64,000 nt of DNA from Basidiobolus meristosporus CBS 931.73 (taxonomy: Eukaryota; Fungi; Basidiobolomycota): NCBI GenBank assembly GCA_002104905.1, contig MCFE01000129.1:1-64000 (forward strand). Reading direction: 5' to 3'. A program made the translations under genes and the position numbers. A model generated the notes under the pieces. It was given only the letters and a program-made list of their open reading frames with translations, was not told the origin of the DNA and did not search any database. Below, in pieces: positions 23,236 through 36,684 of this stretch. How positions within the stretch are numbered: position 1 is the stretch's first letter; the number at the start of each line of letters is the position of its first letter.

Positions 23236-25302
23236 TGCCTCCAAAAAATAAAGCAAAGTCATCTAGCTCCTAACCAAATCCCACTGCTGACAGCAGCAGA
23301 TGAACAGTTGGACAACAGCTTGCATTCACATTCAGTGCAACAAGGGGGGCTACACCAAAAAAAAAAACTGTGGACAGTGTGCCTGCTGAAGGTAATAATG
23401 TGGACTCCTCAGGCTCTCTGTCATGTAGGCAATTGGGAACCTCCAAGGGGCCACAAGCTTACTATATTGCTGAGGCAGATGAGAATGTAGCAAGTTCAGT
23501 ACCTTCAGTTGAAGACCAGCAAGTGGCCATCATAATGTCACCACCTCCTGTATTAGCAAGTGTATTGTCAGCTCATACCAAAGCATTAATGAGGCAATTA
23601 GGTGCAGTGGCTGATAGGATAGATGCAATGGCCCAGAAAAATAAGGAAATAGTCCAGAAACAGGATGAGCGGATATTATGTGTAGAGCAATCAATATCCC
23701 AGGTAGAGAAAGCAGTGTCTTTGCTGCAAAGAAGGAACTCAGGTAGCTCAATGTCACAGCCAAGATTTGTGCCATTTCCCAATGTAACAGCAAAAGAGCA
23801 CTGTACAGTCTATGAGGTACAACAACAGTGCCAAAAGATAAAGCCCACAGAAGAACCTATCACGGCATGAGAGGGAGAAAATGTAGTGGTTATACCAAAG
23901 CCTAAAAGTCAAAAGACATTGAAGATCTGTGAAGCCATTGAGTGCAATGATGAAGAGTGGGCTGATATTTGAGAGGCTGTTAGAAGACTAGCATGCCAAC
24001 ACCTTAAGGCCAGCATACCATGGGACTATCAAGAACTCAAGGCCAAGTGGAATGCACTTAACCTGCTCCATGAACATTATCCTGGATTCAAACAAGCAAA
24101 TAGATTTTTGACCAGCATTGGTGTGCTAAGAAAGTATCTTGAGAATAGCAGAATCTATCAAAGGCAGAAGAACAAGTATGCAATGACCAAAAGCCAACAG
24201 CCTCCTTAAGAGCACACTACAAGCTGGGCAAAAGCTCCAAACAAGTGTCAATGGGATGCCAGGCAGATGGAAGAGTGCTAATAAGGGAAAAGCAGGCAGA
24301 CATAGATGCACAAGCACAGCATTTACCAAAAAAAAGTGTGGTTTTACCTGAGAAGCACTTGGTCAAATAAGCAGTGAAGCACCTGGCAGTGATAAATACA
24401 AGCAGCTTCCTCAGGGGTGAGTTGCAGCATGGGCTGAAAGCTCAAAATAAGCAGAAAAGAGGCATCAGGCTGCCCACAGAGTGCAGGCAAGGGACAAGCA
24501 GGCCAAAACAGATACATTGGAGCCGCATTTATCAAGGAGAAAATACAGTTCTTTACAAGAGGCACTCAGACAAAGTAGCAGTAAAAGACCTGGCAATGAT
24601 AAAGAAAAAGGTAAAGGGAAAAGTGTCTACCCAAGCCTGAGACAGGGAGACATGCTAAGAAAACTGCAGTTCTTGTCAATTAACGCCACAAGCCTGGGAC
24701 AGACCAAGTCCCATCATAGCAAAGATGAATTACCAATAAGAAAACAGCTGTTTACACAAGATTTGGAAGTGCTGCCAGTCAAGCTACACTCCAACAAGGT
24801 GGATGAGTTTGCTGAAAAAGGCAATTTGTCTACCACAGCCTCCACATCTTTCATTGTTGACAGAGTGGAGATCCCACTGACAGACAAGGCTTTAACATCA
24901 AGAGCTCAAAAGACTATCACAATGCATTCAGTGGAATTTTGGAACATTAATAGGCTCACCAAGAGGTTGCAGCACTTCTTCAAGAGCAGTGCTGAAGAAA
25001 AAGCACTGGAGTATTGCAAGGAATTATTGCAAAGACTGGCAGATGAGGTGCTAGACCTTGCAGTGCCAGCTGAAGACCAGGATGTGTGGGAACCAGTGAA
25101 TGAACAGTGGCATAAAGCTGTTGGGTTCCTGCTAAAGTCATGGAATCAGAGTGTTACAGTAGAAATACTTACAGAGTGGTGGATTTTAATGAAGTCACTT
25201 ATTGACTGTGGGGTTGGGCCTAATGTTAGTTTAGGGTACAGGAACTTGTTTAGGTCAATACAATTGGCAATTGAAGTACAACTGAAGTTTCAATGGAAAT
25301 AA
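23236..25302 (+). pseudogene. Accessory gene of the CACTA-like element (~690 codons; coiled coil plus two helical repeats), frameshifted
   Basis: Starts ATGCCTCCAAAAAATAAAGC. Open segments 23370-23870 (coiled-coil-like) and 24481-25302. Homologues occur at ~37823-39801 (-), ~53820-55400 (-) and ~61265-62730 (+). Confidence 0.65.
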
Positions 25303-25639
25303 ATCAATTTGTATGCATGAAAAGTAAGAGAAACAGTTGGGTCAGGTAGTAAAGAGCACAAAAAAGAGGAATAGCCAATTGATGCCCACAAATATAGGAG
25401 GTGACAGAGTGTCTGGGATAAAAAAGTGAGAAAATTGGCAGAAAACCAATCAATAGCCACTTTTGTATTGTTGTGGTGAAAATTTTTGACTGTCTCTTGT
25501 GAAAACTAGGGTGCAATTATTTTTTGACTGTCTATGCACAGTGTCCTGATGGGATCAATGCCTCTTAGTCACAGGACTTAGAATTTGTGACAGCCTTTTG
25601 ATGGGATCATGACTGTAATTTCTCATAGGGAGAGAGATA

Positions 25640-25920
25640 GTGAGCAGAAAAAGCCTGAATATGGAAATGCTGCAACAACTGAAGATAGACTATTCATATC
25701 TGCACTAAGTTTAGCAACAAACAAGGATTTTCAGACATGCTATATTGACTCTGGAGCATCTCAACACTTAACACACCAAAAAAACTTTTTACCCAACATC
25801 AAAAAATTTCAATGAAGTATGTTTTCAGGAGTGATGATAAGATACTTGATTCAATGGGAGAAGTATCCTAGTAAACCTTAGAAGCAGTGAAGGAAGCCAT
25901 ACACTGACCTTTAAAGAAGT
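25640..25920 (+). mobile_element. Short copia gag-protease fragment
   Basis: QKKPEYGNAATTEDRLFISAL..YIDSGASQH. Confidence 0.8.
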
Positions 25921-28734
25921 ACAAATAGGTTAATTTCTGCTGAAGCTTCAATTGTGACCTAATTGCAAATTGTACTGACCTATACAAGTCTATATATTCA
26001 GAATGAACATAATGTTCTACCCCACACAGAGCAAGCAACTCCACTGAAGTCCACAATTCAATAACTATTTCTAATGTATTGCTCTTTGGCCATGATTTAG
26101 CCAGGAGCCAGTAGCTTCATGCTATTCTTCATTCACTGGCTCCATAGGTCCTGGTATTTAGTAGACCCCATAAGGTGAAGTATGTTATCTGCCAGTCTTT
26201 GCAATGCATCCCTGCAATATTCAAGTCTGTTTTCAAGTGTGTGGCCCTTGAAGAAGTGCTGTAATCTCTTGATGTGCCTTTTAATACTTCAAAAGTTCAT
26301 TCAAGGCATTGATAGAGTCTTTGAGTAACTGAAATTCTTGCTCTGCCTGTAAAAAAGATCTCCACTCTGTATACAATGATGGATGCAGAGGCTATGGTGG
26401 ACAAATGGCCTTTCTCTGCAAGCTTATTTACCTCACTGCAGTGTTGCTCAACTGACTGTGCTTCCAAGTCTTGAGAAAGTAGCTGTTGTCTTGTTAGTGA
26501 CAACTCATGGCTATTATGGTATTTAGTGTGTCCTAGGTAAACAGCATTAATTGTGAGAACTGCAGCTTTTTTCTCATGCTTCCCTGTTGCTGGCTTGGGT
26601 AGACATTTTCTCTTTACTTTTACTTTGATCACTGCTACTTTGACTGAGTACTTCTAGTATTGAATCACATTTTGACTCTGATAAATGCTGCACTGGTGCA
26701 TTTATTTTTGACTGCTTGTCTCTTACCAGCACTCTCCCTGCAACTTATTGCTTCTTTGCTGCTTGTTTTGACCTTTCAGCCTACCTAGTCATGGGCTTTT
26801 GAGAAAGCCACAGGGTTTTATCACTACCAGGTTCTTCATAGCCAATTCACAGTATGCTTTGTGTATTGGGCCACACCTTTTCCTTGATGAAGCTGCACAG
26901 ATGCATCTGCTTCTGCCTGGTTCTCCCTTACCAGCACTCTCCTGGCTGCCTAATGTTCATTTGCTGCTTGTTTTAAGCTTTGCACTCTTGTTGTTGCCTT
27001 GTTGGTCAGTGCAATCTCTGCCCTGCCTATAATGGAGGATATGGTGGCTATGACCAACAAATTGCCTTTCTCTGCAAGTTCATCTATCTTGCTGGAGTGT
27101 AGCTCAACTTGCTGTGCTTCTAACTCTTGCAAAAATCAGGTATTGTGTTTTGGGTATTTCTTCTTGGCTATTTTGGGATTCAGCCTGTGCCAGGCTTAGG
27201 GTGCTAGTTAGCAAGAACTGCAGCCTTACCCTATGCTTTCCAGTCTCTAGCCTGGGTGGATGCTTTTCCCTTTAACTTTTCCTTTCAAGCTGCCAGGACT
27301 TTCACTGCTACATTGTCTGAGTGCTTCTTGTATTGAACTACATATTCTTCTTGATAATTGCTGTACTATACATCTGTTACTGCCTTTTTGTTCCTTGCCA
27401 GCACTCTTCTAGCAACATGACATTTCTTTGCTGCTTGTTTTGAGCTTTCTGCCCTAGTTGTGACATGCTCCTGAGGAAGCTGCTGGTATCTATCACTGCC
27501 AGGTACTTCACTATTACTTTCACTGAGTGCTTTGCAAATGGAACTTCACTTTTTACTTGATAATGATGAACTGGTGCATCCATGTCTACCCTGTTCCCTA
27601 TGAATGATTAATGAGATGATCCCATCAAAAAGCAATGACAGATTTAAAGTCCCATGACTAAGAGGTACTGATCCTGTCAGGACACCATCTAGAGACTGTT
27701 GAAAAATAATTGCACCCCAGATTTCACAAAAAACTTGGTCAAAATTTTTCATCACAACAATGTATAAGTGGCTTTTGATTGGTTCCCTACCAATTTGCTT
27801 ACTTTCTGATCCTGGACACTCTGTCACCTCCTATGTTTGTGGGCATCAATTGGCTATTGCCTCTTTTTCACACTCCTTACTTCTTGACTCAACCATTTCT
27901 CTTATTTTCATGCGTATGAATTGATTTATTTCCATTGAAACTTCAGATGTACCTCAATTGCCTATTGTATAGACATGTACAAGTCCCTATACCCTACACT
28001 AACATTAAGCCCAACCCCACACTCAACAAGTAACTTCATTAAAATCCACCACTCTTTAAGTATTTGTCATGATCACATGACAGCCATGAGCACCCATGCC
28101 AAGTGTCAGCTTCCTAGCTCAATTTCCAAGAGATTCCTTCTGGAACCTTCTACTACCTTCCAGAAAGTTCCTGACCCTTCCAAACCACTGTTATACAGTG
28201 GAACATCCCATGGAAGCTTCCAATCGTATTTTTCATAGCCCAGTACCATATATGGAAATACCAGGTCACATGACTTAGTAACATGATCAGGCAACCCAAT
28301 CCATTTCCCCGTCCTGTCTCAGTGCCGTGTCATCTATGTCATTATCCCCAGCACTATTGCTGTGCCTCACCCCACAACCCCATTAGTATTAGCCAATATC
28401 TCTTGGCATCAGTATAACCAAAAAGTATATATAGTCCTATCCCACCTTAAGTATTCCTCAGTCTGATAAACACAGGTCTTGAATAAACAGCCTTGTCTTG
28501 GAAATCTGCCTTGCCTTGTTGATCCACACCTAAGTCCTTTCCTGGTCCTGCCTTGCCTAGCCCTACTCTCCTGCCTTGTGTCTATTCATAACAGTATTTC
28601 TGCTGTGGCACTCTGATTCCTGACTTTTGCAGGAGCCCAATGGCTTTATGCCACTGTTCATTCACTGGTTTCCACATGTCCTTGTCTTCAGCCAGCACTG
28701 CAAGGTCTAGTACCTCATCTGCCAGTCTTTGCAA
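25921..28734 (-). mobile_element. Several tandem partial copies of the CACTA-like accessory gene 3' half
   Basis: Repeated LQRLADEVLDLAV and KGHLSTIAS/KGNLLVIAT segments (ORFs 26297-26632, 26950-27132, 28582-28809). Confidence 0.7.
28065..28593. repeat. Solo LTR (family C, 529 bp) with 5-bp TSD GTATT
   Basis: TGTCATGA...TCATAACA termini, GTATT at 28060-28064 and 28594-28598, internal TATATATA and AATAAA. The host sequence is continuous across the insertion. Confidence 0.88.
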
Positions 28735-28970
28735 TAGACTTGTTCTGTTAGATAGTACCACATAGTGCCAGATTGATCTGGCTCTATCAGGCACTATAAT
28801 ATCTACCATAATGCCAGTGGTAGGTTATAGTTACCGGTAATTTTGCTCAATCTTACTTATGTTGCTCAGAGTAGTGCTTTCCTTGCTTTATTTACTCTTC
28901 ATAATGCTCCAGACACATTTCTCTCAGTGGACGTCTTCTTGTATGAGTACAATGTGCATTGATAAGTATC
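28735..28970 (-). mobile_element. Harbinger/ISL2EU-like element, end fragment (H1)
   Basis: Starts TAGACTTGTTC, carries ATAGTGCCA/GGCACTAT repeats, and matches 31259-31520. Confidence 0.75.
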
Positions 28971-31525
28971 TTACAATTTTACAGGAGCCCTTTGCCAATC
29001 AAAGATCAGGGAGAGGGGGGGCCCCTGCCCTTTATATGGCAAGAAGCTTGATGATGTTTTGATGGCCTCATTGTAAGCCTCCAGTGGTATTATAATGTTA
29101 GTATGGCAGCTTACAGCTAGTTCTATATAATAAAGTTGTTCTATTGGATAGGGCCACATAGTGCAAGCCTGTTTATAGTACCAGATTAATCTGGCACTCT
29201 GTGGCACTATCTGACACTATAGTTTCTACCATATTGCCAGTGGTAAGATATATTTACTGGTGATTTTCCTCAATCTTATGTTGCGCCAAATTGTGTCTTC
29301 CTTGCATTATTTACTCTTCATAATGCTCCAGATGCATTTCTCTCAGTGATTGTTGTCTTCATTGAATATACTGTGCATTAATAAGTATCTTAGCTGTTTT
29401 GCCTATTCTGCTGTTTTCTCCTATATGTGACTTTCCTATGTATTTACCTGCTATTATGCTGAATCTCTTCAGATATCCAATTGTAAGCTCTACCCTCAAT
29501 CTGAAATGATTAAATATCTCATTGTAGAGCTTTTGCTTCCTGCTAAGCACATTATTTCCTGGCTTCCTTTAAGCTGTAATACATCCTAATATCTGACAAT
29601 CCTCTCCTATATTAGCTCAGTCTGCCATATATTTCTCCACTCTACTGAATTCTGGATGATTCTCTACCTATAGTGCTTTGTCCTGCCTACTTCCAGCAAA
29701 TGGGCCATCAAACCATATGATGTTACCCTCACTATCAGACAGTGCTTGAAGCTACACATAGTGTGCCTTGTGCTTGCCAGAATAAAAGTGCCTCTGCCCT
29801 CTAGAAGGTCTGTCAATCCTGACTGGGAAGGTATTCAACATACTCATTTTATGGAACCTGTTGCTGAACACTCTGAGATATGGAAGTCTACTGGAGCTCC
29901 TAAATCTAGTACACCAAGATTGCTCTAAGTCATTCATACCCTCTTCAATGCGGTTCTCCATTGCTGTCAGCTGGGAATGAAAGCTTCTAGGACTTATGTT
30001 GCCATGGATGGTGGGATGAAACCTTGTAGGGCAATAGTTCTTGTAACAGCAGAGTAGCTTAACAAGGGATCTCCTTTAGTAGATAGGGGTAGATGGACCA
30101 CAAAACTTGGTAAAGATCTCCTCTAGGGTGTCAAAAGGGAATCCAGTGGGAGTGATGGGATTGATGAGAAAATACCATTCAGATAAGTAAGTCATATTAA
30201 AATTGGTGGAGGATTGGGCTGAGGTGATTGGAGACAATTTGGCGCAATCAGCTTTATTTATTTGATCTTCCATGCATTATGATTAAATTTCCATCAATTG
30301 CCAGGTATAGCAACATTATGTTTCAAAAATCATCCTCAAAAAATGGCTAGGCATCTTTATTGATGTTTTACTTGCAAGTCTATAATCAAATAGGAAATCT
30401 GCAATTAATGTGACCTGATCTGTGTCAATGCAATCCAAGATGCATCACAAACAATATATGGAAAATTCAACAATCACATTAGTTTTCATATATATTTCAT
30501 ATAAGACCAGGTTAATGCCAATACACTACTGTATAAGTATCCAGATCTGTCACTATGATCCCTATACCAAGTTGCAACTCATCTTTAGTTCAACCCAGAC
30601 AAAACTTATCCCCCAGCTCACAAGTGTGGTCCGGACCGGAAAAGGTTATGTTGGAGCGACTTGAGTTCTAGCCAAATGATTGCAGTATGGCTCAAGGGTC
30701 TATGATGAGCCTTCCTACAGATATTTGTGCACTACTCATATATCTAGCTGAACTAGATACTTTGGAGAGTTGACAGAGATGGAAGAACCTGTGTAGAAAG
30801 CTGTTGCATGAGTTCTACATCAAGATGCCAGCAGATGGATGTAAGAAGATATATAACAAGACAAGTATTGAAATTAAGAACAAGCTGAGAGTGAGGGGAT
30901 ATGATGAGGAAGCCACATGGGAGCATTTTTGTGTGCAATTTACCCAGTACATGCTGGTTTGGTAGGGTTAACATACCTCCCACAGACAAGTTTATTCATA
31001 TTGCCATTATGATATACTTATTCATATTTTATCTAATCAGTATAATCTCATTCTTCCTTGGCCCATATTATCAGTATTATCCCCATAGGATGTTTACCCT
31101 GATTAGTTATTAGCATTAGTTATCCCAGATGTTATTCAGCTTTGTGATTGATATATGTATCTACATAGGGCAAGTACCCACATCAGTAACCATGACACAT
31201 GACCTATGTCTGTGTTACCATCCCTACCATTTCAATACTATATGTGGTATTTCTATATTAGACTTGTTCTGTTGGATAGTGCCACATAGTGCCAGCCTGT
31301 TTATGGTGCTGGATTGATCTGGCACTCTACAGCACTATCTGGCACTATAGTTTCTACCATAATGCCAGTGGTATGATACAGTTACTGGTAATTTTACTCA
31401 ATCTTACTTATGTTGCTCAGAATAGTGCTTTCCTTGCTTTATTTACTCTTCATAATGCTCCAGACACATTTCTCTCAGTGGATGTCTTCTTGTATGAACA
31501 TACTGTGCATTAATAAGTATCTTGA

Positions 31526-32092
31526 CTATTTACCTATTCTGCTGTTTTCTCTTATATATGACTTTCCTCTGTATTTACCTGCCAATATGCTGAATCTCTT
31601 CAGATATCCAAATGTGTGCTCTACCCTCACTCTGAAATGATTAAATATCTCATTGTAGAGCTTCTGCTTCCTGCTAAGCACACCATTCCTTGGCTTCCTA
31701 TAAGCTGTAATACATCCTAATCTCTGATAATCCTCTCCTATATAGGCTAAGTCAGCCATACATTTCTCCCCTCTACTGAATTCAGGATGATTCTCTACCC
31801 AGAGTGCTTTGTCCTGCCTACTTCCAGCAAATGGCCCACTAAACCAGATGATGTTACCCTCAATGTCAGACAGTGCTTGAAACTTCACACAGTGTGCCTT
31901 GTACTTGCCAGAATAAAAGTGCCTCTGCCCTCTAGAAGGTCTATTAATCCTCACTGGGAAGGTATCCAAAATACACCTGATATGGTACCTGTTGCTGAAC
32001 ACTCTGGTATATGGAAGTCTATTGGAGCTTCTGAACCTAGTATTCCAAGCTTGCTCTAAGTCATTCATACTCTCTGCAAGGTGGCTCCCCAT
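31526..32092 (-). CDS. DDE_Tnp_4 (IS5/PIF-Harbinger/ISL2EU-like) transposase catalytic domain; gene extends to ~32400 with stops
   Basis: CILDTFPVRINRP..FYSGKYKAHCVKFQ..GP.AGSRQD..CMADLAYIG..YN..FNHFRVRVEHTFGYLKRFSIL, with the D, D, E triad intact. Upstream TGFPFDTLEEIY..LVKLLCYYKNY is helical. Confidence 0.88.
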   Translation of the reverse strand: MGSHLAESMNDLEQAWNTRFRSSNRLPYTRVFSNRYHIRCILDTFPVRINRPSRGQRHFYSGKYKAHCVKFQALSDIEGNIIWFSGPFAGSRQDKALWVENHPEFSRGEKCMADLAYIGEDYQRLGCITAYRKPRNGVLSRKQKLYNEIFNHFRVRVEHTFGYLKRFSILAGKYRGKSYIRENSRIGK

Positions 32093-32816
32093 TGCTGTCA
32101 GCTGGGAATGAAAGCTTTTAGGACTTTTGTTGCCATGGATGGTGGGATGAAACCTTGTAGGGCAATAGTTCTTGTAATAGCAGAGTAGCTTAACAAGGGA
32201 TCTCCTTGAGTAGATTGGGGTTGATGGTCCACATTATTTGGAATAGATCTCCTCTAGTGTGTCAAAAGGAAATCCAGTGGTAGTGATAGGATTGATGAGA
32301 AAAGACCATTCAGATGAGTAAGTCATATTAAAATTGGTGGATGATTGTATAGAGGCAGTTTGACTCAATTCAGCATGATCTGTGTTATTTATCTGATTTT
32401 TAATACATTATGGTTAAATCTCCATCATTGCCAGGTATCCCATCATTATGTTGCAAAAATCATCCTCAAACAATACCTTGGTACTTTTATTGATGCTTTA
32501 ATCATAGGTCTATAATCAAATAGGAAATCTGCAATTGATGTGATCTGATCCATGTCAACACAATCCAAGATGCATCATGCAAAATATATGGAAAATTCAA
32601 CAATCACATAAGTTTTCATATATATTTCATATAAGACCAGGTTGTTGCCAATATACTGCTGTATAAGTATCCAAATCCATTGCTATGGTCCCCATACCAA
32701 GCCTCAACTCATCTTTAGTACAACCCAGACAAAACCCATCCCCCAGCTCACAAGCACAGTCCAGACTGGAAAAGTCAATGTTGGATCCGTTTGAGTTCTT
32801 GCCAAATGATTTTAGT

Positions 32817-35003
32817 ATGGCCTAAGTGTCTATGATGAGCCTTCATACAGATATTTGCGCACTACTGATTAATCTAGCAGGAATAGATACCTCAGAGAGT
32901 TGACAAAGATGGAAGAATTTGAGTAGAAAGCTGTGGCACAAGTTCTACATCAAGATGCCAGCCAATGTATGTAAGAAGATATATAACAAGACAAGTACTG
33001 AAATCAAGAATGAGCTGAGAGTGAGGGGATTTGACAAAGAAGCCACGTGGGAACAATTTTGCACGCAATTTGCACAGTACAGGCCGGATGCATCTGTTTG
33101 TGCCTCAACTTTGGGAACCAAAGAGATTTTGAATGAGTTTTGCCTCAAATGACTAATGTACTATGTGATATATTAGTAGAGCTAAGTGGCTTCCAAGAGC
33201 AATATATGCAGGACTCATCCAGGCAACAGCTCCAAAGTATCAGACAGAGGGTAAGTAAATACCTTGAGGAATCAGATGGTGAGCTACAGGAGGAAGAATA
33301 CAGAGTGCAAGCAACATCTTCCAGATTGCACCAGCACGCCTCGCTGGATTCCCTACCATCTCTTGCAACCATAGCGCGTTGGCACACTTCAGTCCAGACC
33401 ATGCCAACACCCTTTACCAGAACGCCCCACATTGAGTCAATGCGCATTGTAGTGGGGTGACAGTGACACCCACTGACAGATGTGCTCATTCCCTCATTTT
33501 CTACTTCCCTATATATCTACATTTATTTTAGTTTTATCCCATTTGTCTTACCCAATCAGTACTATCCCATAAGCTGGTTGACTATCACACCTGCTTACCT
33601 TATTGCATAAGTTACCCCTCACTTTATGTAAGATTACTAGCTATAAGTGCTTCTATATTAGGCAAGTACCCGTGCCAGTACCCATGACACATGATTGACC
33701 CGTGTCACCATCCCTAGCATTTCCATACCATATATGGTATCACCATGTTACACAGGTATCAGAATACTGATTCCTGATTGGTTGGATGTGCTGTGCCTCT
33801 TAGAACTTTCCGGCACCTACTTAGAACATTCTTAGGTTATTCTGATGTCATTAAGATTTCTATTGATGTCTGGAACCTTCTGGAACACCATGATTAGTAA
33901 TCACTTAGCCAGTGAGAAATGTAAATAAGGGAGGCTATCCCTCAACAATAACTCATCATCCCTTTTATCAATATACCAACTTGTTGATTAGTGTGATCAC
34001 TGCTACCTGCGGCTACCTGAACTTCCAACCCCAGACCACAGGACACTCCCAGGAAACCGTGCTGACAGCCAACTGACCTTGGAGGCACTACTTGTGAGGA
34101 ATACTCAGAGTAGGTATCTTTTACTATATTTGATTCTTCCCCAAGTTTGTTCTTGTACAGGCAGAGATACTTTTCTGTCTTTGTAACTATTGACCACAAC
34201 TGCATTCTTATCAAGTCCCTGCTGGTGGAGTTTACAGTTGTTTTGACTTTGGAAGCTTTAGTACATTGTCATCTCAAAGGACGCTGAACCCAGCACATAC
34301 TTTTTTTAAGACGCCAACTGAGTTGGGGATTGTAGCTCAATAGTTTTCCCTTGACAAGCTTGTGGCTTTATTCCCCTTCACATTAGATTAGAGACAGAAC
34401 CCAAGTATTCCTAGCAAGCTTTTGCCAGAGGTTATTGCACCCAGTGAACACCCCACACACAAAACACATGAGAAGTGTTGGATGTATCTCTCCCTTGGAC
34501 CTATACACCACCACAGCGTTGGGTCAACGCACGTGCTTCAGAGCAAAACTACAAGAACTTGCCAAACTGCTCATTTAAACACAAGTCCATTGGAGTGGAC
34601 CAAGTTGCGTCAACATGCAGCACCACATCAAACTCAGCCAAGGGCCATCTCAATGCGTTAAGGCATGCCTGCGCATGCCGTTTTGCCTGACCATCAGCAA
34701 GTTACTTCTGGTGAACTGACTGATGATGACCAACATGAAGTGCCTCAACCACCAGAGCCCTTGGCAGGTAAAAGAATGCATCAGCGCGTATCACTACAAG
34801 CCGGTTCAGTTGGTTCAGTTGGAGCAATTCAGCACGGCCAAGCTGCAGCATTGCACTCATCAACTAGGAGGCAAAATACTGACTACAAATACACAAGTAG
34901 CCAAGATGATAGTCAGCCAGGAAGTAGTATAGGTGTGCAAAGTGAGTCACTACCAATTGCTTCAGTAGTAATCCCTGTGAGAAAAAAACCTAGGAGAAGA
35001 TGA
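32817..35003 (+). pseudogene. ORF2 of the Harbinger-like element (~370 codons, split by LTR 33448-34515), unknown function
   Basis: Open segments 32919-33152, 33140-33460, 34422-34661 and 34665-35003 are collinear with the H2 copy. Ends in basic VRKKPRRR. Confidence 0.6.
33448..34515. repeat. Solo LTR family B (subfamily B1, 1068 bp); 4-bp TSD GCAT/GCGT
   Basis: TGTAGTGG...CCACCACA termini. The interrupted ORF2 rejoins when compared with the H2 copy. Confidence 0.82.
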
Positions 35004-36684
35004 TGCGATTGCTTTGAATTGCTCAAATTTGTAATGATCCCAACAACCCATTTTTTTTGCAATCCAAATCAAGCCATTGCAAATCAGTGATCATCAAAGT
35101 TTTGATATAAGTAATATCAAGGTCTTCTCACATTTGAGACAAAACCCCTATAAACAAACACCCTGCATATATATACATCATCTGTAATACCAGTGCAGCT
35201 ATTGGATCTGTTTTGCACCTACACAATTGCTTGCGTGCTAGCTATGAGACCTTGTCCAATCAATAGGATCAGGGATTTACTTGCTCAATGGGCAAAATGG
35301 GATATTTGATGGCAAATCAGGTAGCGTTTTTAGTAGTCAATGAGCCAATTGGGGGCTGCCAGCTTCAGGATACTTTTGGACCAATTAACCACTGAGAAAC
35401 TGTCCAATTGGAGTGAGGGTAACCAAAATGGTAAGTATCAGTGTAGTTTATAGTGTGATACACATTTATTTCAATTTACATTAAAGAAACATACCCAAAT
35501 ACCGGATTTTACCTGCCATAACAGCGGTATCCAATTGCGCAAGTGATGCAAACATACAAGTTGGTGCAATCATCCATGCCAACCTCATTGTGTCAGATTG
35601 TGCCATAGTGTGCAAGATTGTCCTGCATAGTGCAAAATTGTCCAAGAACAATCCTGCCTTCTGGTAGCTATAATATTGCACCCAATTGTTCTTTACAACC
35701 GCGGATTGCGCCGTGTGCCCCGGCATGGTACAATGAAACAAGTCTAATACACAGGTTTCAGACTACTGATTCCTGATTGGTTGGATGTGCTGTGCCTTTT
35801 AGAACCTTCCAGGACATTCTTGGCATAATTTTAGCTCATAATGATGTTGTCAAGAGTCCACTGATGCCTAGAATCTTCTAGAACCTTGTCATCAGTAATC
35901 ACTTGGCAATCAGGAGAAGTATTTAAGAGAAAGCAATCCCTCATCAATAAATCATCCCTTCTATCAGTAACACTTCTACCTTAGTGATTAGCAGTTGATC
36001 ACTGCACCTGCCTTCAACAGTACATCTCAGACCTGCCATCAAGGAGCTTTTCAGGGTAGTGCACATGACACACAGATGTCTTTGGAGACACTTGGAGCAC
36101 CTAGGAAGCTAGAGAAGCAGGAGCTTTTACCATAGTGACATATTAACAAAGACACCAGCAATTTAGACACAGAGGTTATTGCACCCATCAGAAACCTTAC
36201 ACACCATGAGTTGTGTAGCATCTTCCAGGAGTAACTCTACACCACCACACTGGACACATCTGTTTGTGCGTTGACTTTGGGAACAAAAGAGACTTTGAAT
36301 GAGTTTTTGCCTCAAATTACTAATTATTATGTGATATATTAGCAGAGCTAAGTGGCTTCCAAGAGCATTATACACAGGACTCATCCAGGCAACAGTTCCA
36401 AAGTATTTGACAGATGTTAAGTGAATACCTTGAGGAATCAGAAGGTGAGCTTCAAGAGGAAGAATACGGACCACAAGCAACATCATCTAGATTGCACTAG
36501 CACTCCTTGCTGGATTCCTTACCATCCCTTGCAACTTCAGTGCGCCAGTATATGTCAGTCCAAACTATGCCAGCACCCTTAACAAGAATGCCCTGCATTG
36601 ACTCAACATGTATTTGGTCAAGCTGCACGCTTCAGAGCAAAACCACCAGAACCTACAAAACTCCTCAAAAAGACACAAGTCAAT

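Larger units (their letters stand above)
31259..35746 (-). mobile_element. Harbinger/ISL2EU-like DNA transposon H3 with both termini (~3.4 kb without the nested LTR)
   Basis: TAGACTTGTT...AACAAGTCTA terminal inverted repeats. The flanks rejoin the LTR-B sequence. Confidence 0.82.
30958..36249. repeat. Solo LTR family B (subfamily B2), split by insertion of H3; 4-bp TSD CTGG
   Basis: Parts 30958-31258 and 35747-36249 join to match 38033-38835. CTGG at 30954-30957 and 36250-36253. Confidence 0.82.

Noticed and set aside
34325-34343. tRNA-Ala-like 5' end GGGGATTGTAGCTCAATAG (also ~63686)
   Set aside because: It lies inside LTR-B and has no downstream anticodon or T arm.
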